Notes under the pieces: model-generated | The model's database searches: none | The model's input: only the letters and a program-made list of their open reading frames with translations | What the model was told of the DNA's origin: nothing | Shown here: one piece after another, positions 55,271 through 64,000 of the stretch | How the letters are laid out: each line of letters begins with the position of its first letter | Position numbering within the stretch: the first letter of the stretch is position 1 | Position numbers and translations under genes: made by a program | From: Turneriella sp. | GTDB taxonomy: Bacteria > Spirochaetota > Leptospiria > Turneriellales > Turneriellaceae | DNA: 64,000 bases | Direction of reading: 5' to 3' | Assembly: GCA_965279515.1 (NCBI GenBank) | Contig: CBDIID010000003.1 | Coordinates: 3,296,001 to 3,360,000 of the forward strand

Positions 55271-56749
55271 GTGAAAAAAGTGCAGAAAAAGACGGTCCAT
55301 AAGCAGGCGAAACCCCTATCGGCTTCGCGCCAGGGGTCCGATACTAAAAAGAAGACCATGTCACCCCGTAAAAATCCCCCTGTCCAGGAACCCGTAACTG
55401 AGGTCCAGGCGCCCGTAGAAGCTGCAACGGTTGAGCCGTCACGCCGTCGCAAGCTGGCCCTGCCACTGGGTATTACCGGCGCACTCTTGCTGATTGCGAC
55501 ACCTTTTGCCATACGCATGGCGAATCAGCCGCCGCAGGTGAAGATCGACAAACCGGCCAGCATGCCGGCAAGCGCTGAGGCTGGGTCAGTCAAACCTGTG
55601 GTACCAGCAGGGCCTCCGGGGCCGCTCAAGGCATCGAGCTGGTCGTTTGATTATAAGGTAATGCTGCAATATGCGCACCTCTACGACGAACTGCATCCCT
55701 TTATCTATTCGCTCAAAGGCCGCCACAACAATAACGGCGAACTTGTGTCATCGTGGGGCCATACGCAGAAGCTCGAGCGCGTGGCTGCGCTTCGCGCCAA
55801 GAATCCGAAACTCAAGATCATCCCCACGATTTTCCGTTGGGAGAACCCCGGCGAAAAAATCCAGGAGGCGATCGGCCTCGGCGGCCGTAATGACATCCGC
55901 GACAAACACATTGGTATTATCTTGAACGAAGTCATGACCTACGGTTATGATGGCATTGATATTGATTATGAAGGTATGAGCTGCGGCAAAAAAGAGAAAT
56001 TCGAAGAATTTATTGTTAAACTCTCGGGCGAACTGCATTCACGCAGCAAACTGCTTTCCGTCGCTGTGCATCCCAAAACGGGCACAGACAATGAAGAGAA
56101 CGATATCAAGAAATGCAAGGGCCTGAAAAATTCAATCACGATGGACTTTCGTGAGAACTGGCGCGGACCGCTGACGCATGACTATGCGTTTCTCGGCAAG
56201 CACGCTGACATGGTGAAGATTATGGCATACGAGCTGCACCCGCGTAAGTACCGCAACCCAGGCCCCGGCCCGCAGGCGCCGGGTGTCTGGCTTACGGAAA
56301 TCATTAACTACGCGCAGGATAAAATCCCTGCGGAAAAACTCTACATGGCGATACCGACCTATGGTTATGACTGGGGTCTCAACTGCAAGGCGCCGGTGAA
56401 GGCTGTCTATTACCACGACGTGCAACGTATCAAGGCGGGCGCGCACAAGGTGCAGCAGCCGACCGACATCAATAAGATTCTCGATACCGAGAAGGGCGCG
56501 CGCAGCTGGAGCAATTTGCGTAAGTTCCGCGACATCCATGACGAGAAGGTCTATGAAGACCCGTCGTTGTGGTACACATTGAATGGCTGCCAGCGGGTAG
56601 CGTTCTTTATGGATAAGGTTGCGTTTGCCGAAAAGATGGCGCTCTTGCAAAAACATCGCCTCGCGGGTTTTTCATTCTGGCAGCTCACAAAAGACAACGA
56701 TCCCGAGATCCATAACTATCTCGCGACGCTGCCACGGCCATCGAAATAG
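55271..56749 (+). CDS. Glycoside hydrolase family 18 protein with N-terminal membrane anchor
   Basis: DGIDIDYE catalytic motif, IMAYE, PGPQAP..W, IPTYGYDW, GFSFWQL. Confidence 0.88.
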   Translation: MKKVQKKTVHKQAKPLSASRQGSDTKKKTMSPRKNPPVQEPVTEVQAPVEAATVEPSRRRKLALPLGITGALLLIATPFAIRMANQPPQVKIDKPASMPASAEAGSVKPVVPAGPPGPLKASSWSFDYKVMLQYAHLYDELHPFIYSLKGRHNNNGELVSSWGHTQKLERVAALRAKNPKLKIIPTIFRWENPGEKIQEAIGLGGRNDIRDKHIGIILNEVMTYGYDGIDIDYEGMSCGKKEKFEEFIVKLSGELHSRSKLLSVAVHPKTGTDNEENDIKKCKGLKNSITMDFRENWRGPLTHDYAFLGKHADMVKIMAYELHPRKYRNPGPGPQAPGVWLTEIINYAQDKIPAEKLYMAIPTYGYDWGLNCKAPVKAVYYHDVQRIKAGAHKVQQPTDINKILDTEKGARSWSNLRKFRDIHDEKVYEDPSLWYTLNGCQRVAFFMDKVAFAEKMALLQKHRLAGFSFWQLTKDNDPEIHNYLATLPRPSK

Positions 56750-56784
56750 CTTTATCCCCTGTTTCGACAACCGGTTCTGCACCC

Positions 56785-58773
56785 ATGGCAATGGTGCAGG
56801 TAAAGATCGGTGATCAAAGCGGAGAGTTCTCTGCCGAGACGACATTCGCCGAAGTTGTTGAGAAAATTGCACCGACGCAGCGCAAGGCTGCACTGGGGAT
56901 TGAGGTCGAAAAGGTCAGTTATGACCTGAGCCGTCCGCTTTCAGCGATTGCTTCGTCGAATATTGTCGCGAAAATTCTGACCTTCGAAGACGAAGCCGGA
57001 AAAGAAATGTTTTGGCATTCGAGCGCGCACACACTCGCGCAGGCTCTGAAACGCCTTTATCCGCACATTCAGCTCGAAGACGGTCCGGTCGTCAAGAATG
57101 GTCCCGGTTTCTTTTTTTATGATGTTTTGCTCGAAGATAAGATAAACGAAGAAGCCTTCGAAAAAATCGAGGCAGAGATCCAGAAGGTTATCCGCGAGAA
57201 CCATCCCGTAAAACGCCATGTGATGACGCGCGCCGATGCCGTGGCAAAGTTCAAGGCGATGGGCGAACATCTCAAGGTCGGCATCATCGAACGCTTGCCG
57301 GAGAATGATGAAATACGCATCTACGAACAGGGCGAATTTGCAGATCTCTGCCGCGGGCCGCATGTACCTTCCACCGGCAAGCTCGGCGTTTTTAAACTCA
57401 CCACGGTTGCGGGTGCCTATATTGGCGGCAAGTCTGAGAACCAGATGTTGCAGCGCATCTATGCAGTCAGCTTTCCCGATAAACATCTGCTGAAAGAACA
57501 TTTTCGCCTGCTCGAAGAGGCGAAGAAGCGCGACCACCGTAAGCTTGGCGGCGAGCTCGAGCTCTTTGCGACCGAAGACAAAATCGGCCCGGGGTTAATT
57601 CTCTGGCTGCCGCGTGGCAATATCATTAAGGATGAACTCGAAAACTGGGCGAAAGAAACAGAAGCGAAAAACGGCTACCAGCGTGTGACAACGCCGATTG
57701 TCACCAAAGAAGACCTGTTTTACCAGAGCGAGCATCTGCCGCATTACATGGATCACATGTTTCCGCCGATGCAGATGGATAACCAGAATTATTATATCAA
57801 GCCGATGAACTGCCCGTTCCATCATACAATCTTCGGTCACAGGCCGCGCAGTTATCGTGAACTGCCGTTGCGTATGGCGGAATACGGTACCTGCCATCGC
57901 TTTGAAGATTCCGGTGCGCTGATGGGCCTGATGCGTGTGCGCGCGATGCAGATGAACGACGCGCACATCTATTGCAGCGAAGAGCAGGCGGTCGAAGAGT
58001 TTAAGGCGGTTATCAAGCTGCACGAGTACTACTACAAGACGCTGCACATCGCAGATTACCACATGGTGCTCTCGCTCAGAAATCCCAATAATAAAAAATA
58101 CCACGGTGAAGACGCAATGTGGGATAAAGCCGAGGCGCTGACGCGCCAGGCAATGGAAGAGTCGGGTGTGCAGTATGTCGTCGAGAACGACGGCGCAGCA
58201 TTCTATGGCCCCAAGATGGACTTCCAGATCAAGAGCTCCATTGGCCGCGAGTTCACTTCGTCGACCTGCCAGCTCGACCTCTTCATGCCGATGAAATTCG
58301 ATCTCAAGTATGTCGACAAAGACGGGACCATGAAGCGCCCTGTATGTATCCACCGCTCACCGCTGGGCACGCATGAGCGTTTTATCGGCTTTCTGATCGA
58401 ACACTTTGCCGGGGCATTCCCTATCTGGCTTGCTCCCGAGCAGGTGAGGATTCTGCCCGTAAACGCCGCGCATATGGAGTACGGCACCAATCTTGCTGCA
58501 GAATTCCGCGAGGCTGGCATCCGTGTTCATATCGAAGAACCCGAAGAGAGTTTGGGCAAGCGCATCCGCACTGCAGAGAAATTGAAAGTTCCCTATATGC
58601 TGGTTATCGGAGACAAAGAAGTTGCGGGCGGTATCATCAATGCGCGTAATTATTTTACAACAGAGCAAAAGGAATATGCCCGCGCGGATTTCCTGCGTCT
58701 CGTAAAAGAAGAAATTCGTACCAAACAAATCACCGAATTCGCGAACAAGGCGGGGGCCCCTAAGGGGGCGTAA
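56785..58773 (+). CDS. thrS: Threonyl-tRNA synthetase
   Basis: WHSSAH, DLCRGPH, RDHRKLG, KPMNCP, AFYGPK.D, ERFIG.LIE. Confidence 0.98.
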   Translation: MAMVQVKIGDQSGEFSAETTFAEVVEKIAPTQRKAALGIEVEKVSYDLSRPLSAIASSNIVAKILTFEDEAGKEMFWHSSAHTLAQALKRLYPHIQLEDGPVVKNGPGFFFYDVLLEDKINEEAFEKIEAEIQKVIRENHPVKRHVMTRADAVAKFKAMGEHLKVGIIERLPENDEIRIYEQGEFADLCRGPHVPSTGKLGVFKLTTVAGAYIGGKSENQMLQRIYAVSFPDKHLLKEHFRLLEEAKKRDHRKLGGELELFATEDKIGPGLILWLPRGNIIKDELENWAKETEAKNGYQRVTTPIVTKEDLFYQSEHLPHYMDHMFPPMQMDNQNYYIKPMNCPFHHTIFGHRPRSYRELPLRMAEYGTCHRFEDSGALMGLMRVRAMQMNDAHIYCSEEQAVEEFKAVIKLHEYYYKTLHIADYHMVLSLRNPNNKKYHGEDAMWDKAEALTRQAMEESGVQYVVENDGAAFYGPKMDFQIKSSIGREFTSSTCQLDLFMPMKFDLKYVDKDGTMKRPVCIHRSPLGTHERFIGFLIEHFAGAFPIWLAPEQVRILPVNAAHMEYGTNLAAEFREAGIRVHIEEPEESLGKRIRTAEKLKVPYMLVIGDKEVAGGIINARNYFTTEQKEYARADFLRLVKEEIRTKQITEFANKAGAPKGA

Positions 58774-58782
58774 GCCCCTTTA
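58750..58782 (+). repeat. Family-2 palindromic unit overlapping the thrS stop
   Basis: GCGGGGG-CCCC-TAAGGGGGC-GTAA-GCCCCTTTA; same layout as 51879-51917. Confidence 0.6.
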
Positions 58783-58792
58783 GCCCAGTTAC

Positions 58793-59890
58793 ATGGGCAT
58801 GGATATCAAAGATATCATACGGCACCACCAGTTGCCGAACCATGAGCCCTGCCGCGGTATCATCGACGAGCTGCGCCGCTCGCACATGGCGGCAATTACA
58901 CAGAACCTGAAACTCTTAAGTTATTTCGAGCTCGGAAAGTCGTTGCATTCATCCACGAAGCTGAGCAGCGTTTTCGAAGACGTCATTATCCAGATCAGGC
59001 TCATCACCAAAGCACAAAAGGGGTTCATTGTTCTGCACCAGGCGAACAGGGAACAGGAGCAGATTGTTTTCACGACGAACCGCGCAAACCGCATACGCGA
59101 GTTTCGCCTGTCACCGGAAAAGGCGCCGCGTTTTCTGGCCCTGACCGAAGGTCACCTGCCGGTGATCCGCTCGCTTGAGAATATGCGCCGCCTTTGGTAT
59201 GCGCAGCCACAGATCACCGATTCGGAATCACGCGACAAGATGCTGGTGCTGATTTGCCCGATTATCGTGCGCAAAAAAAGACTCGGGGATTTTCTACTGA
59301 TCGGAAATCGTTTTCTCGAAATTTTTGCGCAAAACGATATTTACCTGTTTTCGGGTTTTGCCGAGCAGCTCGGGCATGCGATTCTGAACAGCCAGTATTA
59401 CCAGTGGTCGTTCAAGGATTCACTGACAGGGCTGTATGTGCGGCGCCAACTCGATGAAAAATTTTCACAGCTCGTCGAGGAGTATCAACTCAAGAAAAGA
59501 CCGTTTAGCCTCATTCTCATTGATTTCGATTTTTTTAAGCAGATAAACGATGAATTTGGGCATAACGAAGGCGACCAGGTTCTGAAAGATTTCTCGAATT
59601 TTCTTCTGGGGCAGTTGCGCGAAAAGGACATCGCGATCCGTTATGGCGGCGAAGAATTTGCGGTATTGTTACCCGACGCCACAGAGTCGCTCGCGCAAAA
59701 AGTCGCCTCGCGGCTGTCGGAGAATCTCGCCAAATTCAAATTCTCCACCAGGAAGTCGCATACGATCTCGCAAGGCATTGCCGAATACGTGGGTGAGCAG
59801 CAGATCGAAGCCTTCGTTTCGCGGGCCGATAAAGCGCTGTACCGTGCCAAAAGCAGCGGACGCAATACGATTGTGACCGCGGACAAATAG
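58793..59890 (+). CDS. GAF-like + GGDEF diguanylate cyclase
   Basis: DSLTGL, DFDFFKQIND.FGH..GD, REKD I-site, RYGGEEF, AK..GRN. Confidence 0.92.
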   Translation: MGMDIKDIIRHHQLPNHEPCRGIIDELRRSHMAAITQNLKLLSYFELGKSLHSSTKLSSVFEDVIIQIRLITKAQKGFIVLHQANREQEQIVFTTNRANRIREFRLSPEKAPRFLALTEGHLPVIRSLENMRRLWYAQPQITDSESRDKMLVLICPIIVRKKRLGDFLLIGNRFLEIFAQNDIYLFSGFAEQLGHAILNSQYYQWSFKDSLTGLYVRRQLDEKFSQLVEEYQLKKRPFSLILIDFDFFKQINDEFGHNEGDQVLKDFSNFLLGQLREKDIAIRYGGEEFAVLLPDATESLAQKVASRLSENLAKFKFSTRKSHTISQGIAEYVGEQQIEAFVSRADKALYRAKSSGRNTIVTADK

Positions 59891-59896
59891 AATCAT

Positions 59897-60496
59897 ATGA
59901 ATAGTACATTTACCGAAGCGGAGTTACAGCATTATTACGACCTGCTCGATGAAAGCCTGACGCCGTACGATTGCGGCAAGCTCTGCTCACCGTCAAATGG
60001 CGGCGAACCGTTTTGTTGCAGTGTCGAAAACGCCGTGCCGATGCTCTACCGCGAAGAGTTCAAATACCTGCAGCACCGCTCGAGTCTCTGGGACCGCTGG
60101 AAGCCGAAGGTTGCCCGCGATAAGAAACAGAAAAAAGAAGACGAAACGCGGATTCTGATTTTTTGCGAATGTAAGGGAGTGCAGCACTGCGAAAGACCGA
60201 ATCGTTCGGTCGGCTGCCGCACCTTTCCCCTCGAGCCCTTCCTTGACGCGCAGGGTAATATCCTGGGCCTTATCTTCATGCGCGAATTCATCAACAAATG
60301 CCCGCTCATGGGTCGCCTCAAAGATATCAAGCAGAGCGCTGTGGATAAGCAATATGAATTCTGGAAGCTCATGCTGGCGAAAAAATCCGACGAGCTCGAG
60401 CTCTACATCTCGAGCTCTAAAGGCTGGCGCATTTCTGCCGCCAAACGGGGCGTAAAACTGCCCCTTCTGATTCCGAGTCAATTAAAGCCAAACTAA
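59897..60496 (+). CDS. Cys-cluster protein (YkgJ-like), function unknown
   Basis: DCGKLC..FCC, CECKG..HCER...CRTFP, CPL; TAATG overlap with uvrC. Confidence 0.7.
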   Translation: MNSTFTEAELQHYYDLLDESLTPYDCGKLCSPSNGGEPFCCSVENAVPMLYREEFKYLQHRSSLWDRWKPKVARDKKQKKEDETRILIFCECKGVQHCERPNRSVGCRTFPLEPFLDAQGNILGLIFMREFINKCPLMGRLKDIKQSAVDKQYEFWKLMLAKKSDELELYISSSKGWRISAAKRGVKLPLLIPSQLKPN

Positions 60497-62433
60497 TGTC
60501 AGAGATCACGCTTGCAGAACGCATCACGCATGCACCTGTAAGCTGTGGTGTATACCAGTGGTTTGAAAATCCCGACGACAAAACCCCGCTCTATGTCGGT
60601 AAAGCCAAAAATCTGCGCGTACGCCTGAGGCAATACCTCGTCTCAGACGACCTCAAGACCAGTTTCCTCATGAAGCGGGCGCACCATATCCAGTGGATCG
60701 CCACTGACAACGAGACCGAGGCGCTGCTGCTGGAGAATAATCTCATTAAAAAGCACCGGCCGGTCTACAATGTCAGGCTCAAGGATGATAAACAGTACCC
60801 CTATATCTGTGTTTCGATGAGCGAGCCTTTCCCGCGCATCTATCTCACGCGCCGTCGTTTGCCGGGCAATCTCTACTACGGGCCGTTTTCGAAGGCGCAG
60901 CTCGCACGCGAAAAGATACAGCTGACACTCGACCTGTTTCCGCTGCGGCGCCGACCGCTGAAACTGCCTTTGCCGAAACCTGCGAAACCCTGCCTCAACT
61001 ACCACCTCAAGAAATGCCACGCTCCCTGCGCTGAGAAAATCACGCGCGAAGAATATGCGAAGATCGTCGAACAGGCGATCGATTTTATTTCGGGTTCGGA
61101 TGCCGAGTCGCGCCAAAAAGTAGAAGCGCGCATGCAGGAACTTTCAGCGGCGATGAAATTCGAAGAGGCGGCGAAGCTGCGCGATGTCCTGGCGTATTTC
61201 AACGAGCGCAATATCAGGCCGCAGGTCGAAATGCGCGAATCTCGGCTCGACTTCGATATCGTCGGCGTGTATTCTGCCGATTTCTCGACGCTCAAGGCTG
61301 AGCTCTCACTGCGCGATGAGGATGTTACTCTGAAAAGTGCCTCTGACACACTGCGCTTCGCGCAAATTTGCCTGTTGAAATTCCGCGACGCCAAGCTCAT
61401 CGCTAAGGAAAATTTTTCCCTCACCGAAACCGATATGGCCGCTGCCGAGTTCAGCGATGCAGATTTTACCGAAACCTTTTTCCGCGATTATTACCTGAAT
61501 ATGCTCGATCTGCCGCCGTATATCGTGCTGCCCGACGGCATCGATTTATCTTACTGGCAAAAGGCATTGGCCGACCGCGAAGGCAATGCCGTGCGCGTGC
61601 AATCGCTGGGGGATTTCAGCCGTGCAGTGAAAGAAAACCACGTCGAGATCAATCCCCCTGCGTTGATGAGTATGGCGGTGAATAACGCACGGCTCACAAT
61701 GCGTGAACGCCTGCTGTCTGAAAACCTGCGTAACCAGCGTGTGGGCCTGCGGCAATTGCAGAAATTTTTAAATCTCAAAGAAGCGCCTGAGATCATCGAA
61801 TGTTACGATATTTCAAACATCCAAGGTACAGACCCGGTGGCGAGCGGGGTGATGCTTCGCGACGGTATGCCGTATAAGGCGGGATACCGCAAGTACCAGA
61901 TCAAGACCGTCGAAGGGGCGAACGACCCGGCGATGATCCATGAAGTCATCACGCGCCGCCTGGCGCGCATCAAAACCGGCGAGGTCAAACCGCCCGATCT
62001 CATCGTCATCGACGGCGGCAGCACGCAGCTGAATGCCGCGCTCAGGGCCCGCACCAACGCCGAGCTGAAGATTCCGATGATGGGGCTGGCAAAAAAACTG
62101 GAAGAGATCTATACCGAAGACGGGCGTATTCTGCATTTCGATAAAGAAAGCCCGGGGATGCACATTCTGCGTCGGGCACGCGACGAAGCCCACCGTTTTG
62201 CCGTGAGCTATCACCGCAACCGGCGCATGAAACGTAATCTCAAATCCCTGTTCGACGGTGTGGCCGGCATCGGGGAAAAGAAACGCGCTAAGGCGCTGCT
62301 GCTGCTGCGCAAGCTTGACCTTGCTGAAATAACTCCTGAAGATCTGGCGACGCGCATCGCGAAGGAAACCGGCATTTCGGCGGATCTATGCCTCAGGCTT
62401 TCTCAGAAAATTCTGAAACCCGTTTCGGATTGA
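60496..62433 (+). CDS. uvrC: Excinuclease ABC subunit C
   Basis: GVY..YVGKAKNLR.R, EALLLENNLIK, FEEAAKLRD, IECYDISN, DGG..QL, RDEAHRFA. Confidence 0.97.
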   Translation: MSEITLAERITHAPVSCGVYQWFENPDDKTPLYVGKAKNLRVRLRQYLVSDDLKTSFLMKRAHHIQWIATDNETEALLLENNLIKKHRPVYNVRLKDDKQYPYICVSMSEPFPRIYLTRRRLPGNLYYGPFSKAQLAREKIQLTLDLFPLRRRPLKLPLPKPAKPCLNYHLKKCHAPCAEKITREEYAKIVEQAIDFISGSDAESRQKVEARMQELSAAMKFEEAAKLRDVLAYFNERNIRPQVEMRESRLDFDIVGVYSADFSTLKAELSLRDEDVTLKSASDTLRFAQICLLKFRDAKLIAKENFSLTETDMAAAEFSDADFTETFFRDYYLNMLDLPPYIVLPDGIDLSYWQKALADREGNAVRVQSLGDFSRAVKENHVEINPPALMSMAVNNARLTMRERLLSENLRNQRVGLRQLQKFLNLKEAPEIIECYDISNIQGTDPVASGVMLRDGMPYKAGYRKYQIKTVEGANDPAMIHEVITRRLARIKTGEVKPPDLIVIDGGSTQLNAALRARTNAELKIPMMGLAKKLEEIYTEDGRILHFDKESPGMHILRRARDEAHRFAVSYHRNRRMKRNLKSLFDGVAGIGEKKRAKALLLLRKLDLAEITPEDLATRIAKETGISADLCLRLSQKILKPVSD

Positions 62434-62504
62434 AACTAACGCTCGACGCATGGGATTTACGCATGCGCGTCGTGCGACACCGTCGCGTTGTCAGTATCTG
62501 AAGG

Positions 62505-62900
62505 TTAACGCTTCAATTCGTTCAGTAAATTCTGGCAAGCCTGCCAGGGTAACAGGGCGCATTTGTAACGCGCAGGAAGTTTGTAAACTGCCTCCAGGCC
62601 CCCGTGACGGAAGGCATTTTCTTCGCTGAAGGATTTGCTGAAATCATCGATCAGGTGATACGTTTGTGCGATCGTATTATTTTCGAGTACCCGGGCCATG
62701 AATGCGGCACTGGCCCGCAAAATAGCACAGCCTTCCGCCTGCCAATGCACGCGTTGCAGGGTATCGTCGCCGAGAGTCAGGGCGATTCGTACCTTGTCGC
62801 CGCAAAGACGGTTGGCGAGTTCAGCAGAGGGCATCCCTTCCGGGATTTCTACCGGCGTAATCTCTGCGAGCCGCAGAATTTCTTCTGAATAAGTGGGCAT
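62505..62900 (-). CDS. SufU/IscU/NifU-N family Fe-S assembly protein
   Basis: NRLCGD, GCAILRASA, PARYKCALLPW. Confidence 0.88.
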   Translation of the reverse strand: MPTYSEEILRLAEITPVEIPEGMPSAELANRLCGDKVRIALTLGDDTLQRVHWQAEGCAILRASAAFMARVLENNTIAQTYHLIDDFSKSFSEENAFRHGGLEAVYKLPARYKCALLPWQACQNLLNELKR

Positions 62901-63448
62901 TACTGCGCGGCGGCCTGCCGTATGGCCGCCAGAATTTTATCTGTCGGGTCATCGTGACGGAGAAGATACTGAACCCTTCCTGACTGGTTCAGCACATAGA
63001 TATAGAGGGAGTGCGAAATTGTCTTCTCTTGGTTCTTTGAATATGCCCCGAATCTTTTCTCTAATTCTGTGATCTCGGTCTTACTGCCTGTAAAACCGCG
63101 CGCATAAGGGAAAGGTGTCAGAAATCTTTTCAGATCTTCCGGTTTCTCGTTCGGAACATCGACGCTGATAAACAGCAGCCGTGTTTTATCCCGCAACGCC
63201 GCGTCGCTGCGCAGCGCGGTATCGATCTTGTGCAGGGTCATCGGGCAGAAATCCGGGCAGCGGCTGAAACCGAAAAAAAGCAGCGTCGCCGGCCGAAAGC
63301 TCTGCGAAAGCTTCTCGCGGATGCCATCCTGCGAGACGAGCTCGGCATCACCCCCGAGCGGCATCTCCTGGAATTCGAGTCTCTCCCCTTTGCAGCAAAG
63401 GCCGGCAGCGATAAGGAATACGGCTCCGAAAAAAAAAATTCGCATCAT
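62900..63448 (-). CDS. SCO1/SenC family copper-binding lipoprotein
   Basis: FFGFSRCPDFCP, ISVD, ISHS. Confidence 0.92.
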   Translation of the reverse strand: MMRIFFFGAVFLIAAGLCCKGERLEFQEMPLGGDAELVSQDGIREKLSQSFRPATLLFFGFSRCPDFCPMTLHKIDTALRSDAALRDKTRLLFISVDVPNEKPEDLKRFLTPFPYARGFTGSKTEITELEKRFGAYSKNQEKTISHSLYIYVLNQSGRVQYLLRHDDPTDKILAAIRQAAAQ

Positions 63449-63904
63449 TTATTTTTCCCGTGGTTTAATCGGCACCTTGAAGCTCACGGCGGTTGCCCCA
63501 AACACAAGCTTTGCCTCACAAAATTCCTGGGCCTCGGGTTTCAGGGCACCCAGCATCACATGCTTATGGCCGGGTTCGAATGCCAGCAGCGCGCCGTCGG
63601 GGATTTCCGTTGCGGGTAAGGGCACCATGCTGACACGGTCGCCTGTGACGATAGTCTCATGCAGCGTCGTCGAAGCAGCACAGCTGAAATCCGCACCCGT
63701 CAGGGTTTTTGCCGCCCCCGATTTATTGCGGATTTCCCCGTATGCCACCGAACCCGCACCGGCCACGACTGGTTTTACAACAAACCAGCCCCTGAATTCC
63801 AGGCCTTGTTCTGTGTGCTTTTGCCCGCGGCAGGCGGTGCCCAGGAATAGGACGAGAAAACCTGCCGCGAGTGCTCCGGGGCACAATAAGGTCAACCTGG
63901 ACAT
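63449..63904 (-). CDS. PCu(A)C copper chaperone lipoprotein
   Basis: Signal ending GTAC; LHET...SM, PGHKHVML. Confidence 0.88.
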   Translation of the reverse strand: MSRLTLLCPGALAAGFLVLFLGTACRGQKHTEQGLEFRGWFVVKPVVAGAGSVAYGEIRNKSGAAKTLTGADFSCAASTTLHETIVTGDRVSMVPLPATEIPDGALLAFEPGHKHVMLGALKPEAQEFCEAKLVFGATAVSFKVPIKPREK

Positions 63905-64000
63905 CTTTTAGACCCGGCCTGTGACATGCCCCATCAAGCTTTTTTGACAAGGGGTCGAAAATAGAATATGGAAGATGAGTGGGCGCGCGTCGGCGAATAC

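Noticed and set aside
63968..64000. Start of an ORF (MEDEWARVGEY) at the window end
   Set aside because: Too short to support any call.

Overview
A gene-dense, roughly 55% GC (by eye) bacterial chromosomal segment with about 55 CDSs. I recognised no rRNA, tRNA, CRISPR array, IS or prophage. The gene repertoire (CNG K+ channel, 7TM-DISM sensors, many beta-propeller/LamG/Ig lipoproteins) suggests a free-living Leptospiraceae spirochaete, possibly Turneriella-like; this is inference, not a search result. Housekeeping genes (guaB, xseA, tdk, proB, dxr, cdsA, recF, dnaN, truA, tgt, feoAB, thrS, uvrC) alternate with signalling and surface-protein genes. Main observations: (1) three unrelated, dispersed lipoproteins share the motif C-x(1,2)-S-W-G-[KN]-F-W directly after the lipidated Cys, a candidate undescribed sorting/export signal; (2) three families of short palindromic repeats, two of them seen both at gene ends and inside genes, appear as in-frame insertions in dxr, feoB (twice), recF and a DUF4139 gene, and one family carries CsrA-type GGA loops; (3) a 775-aa fusion of an atypical isochorismatase, a kinase-fold domain and a Cx5R phosphatase; (4) a tandem triple-PII protein coupled to a doubled DUF1538 membrane protein next to a CNG channel with an FN3-like tail; (5) an IMPDH with eukaryote-type signatures; (6) a DegT-family protein lacking the PLP lysine. 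All family calls come from motif recognition by eye.
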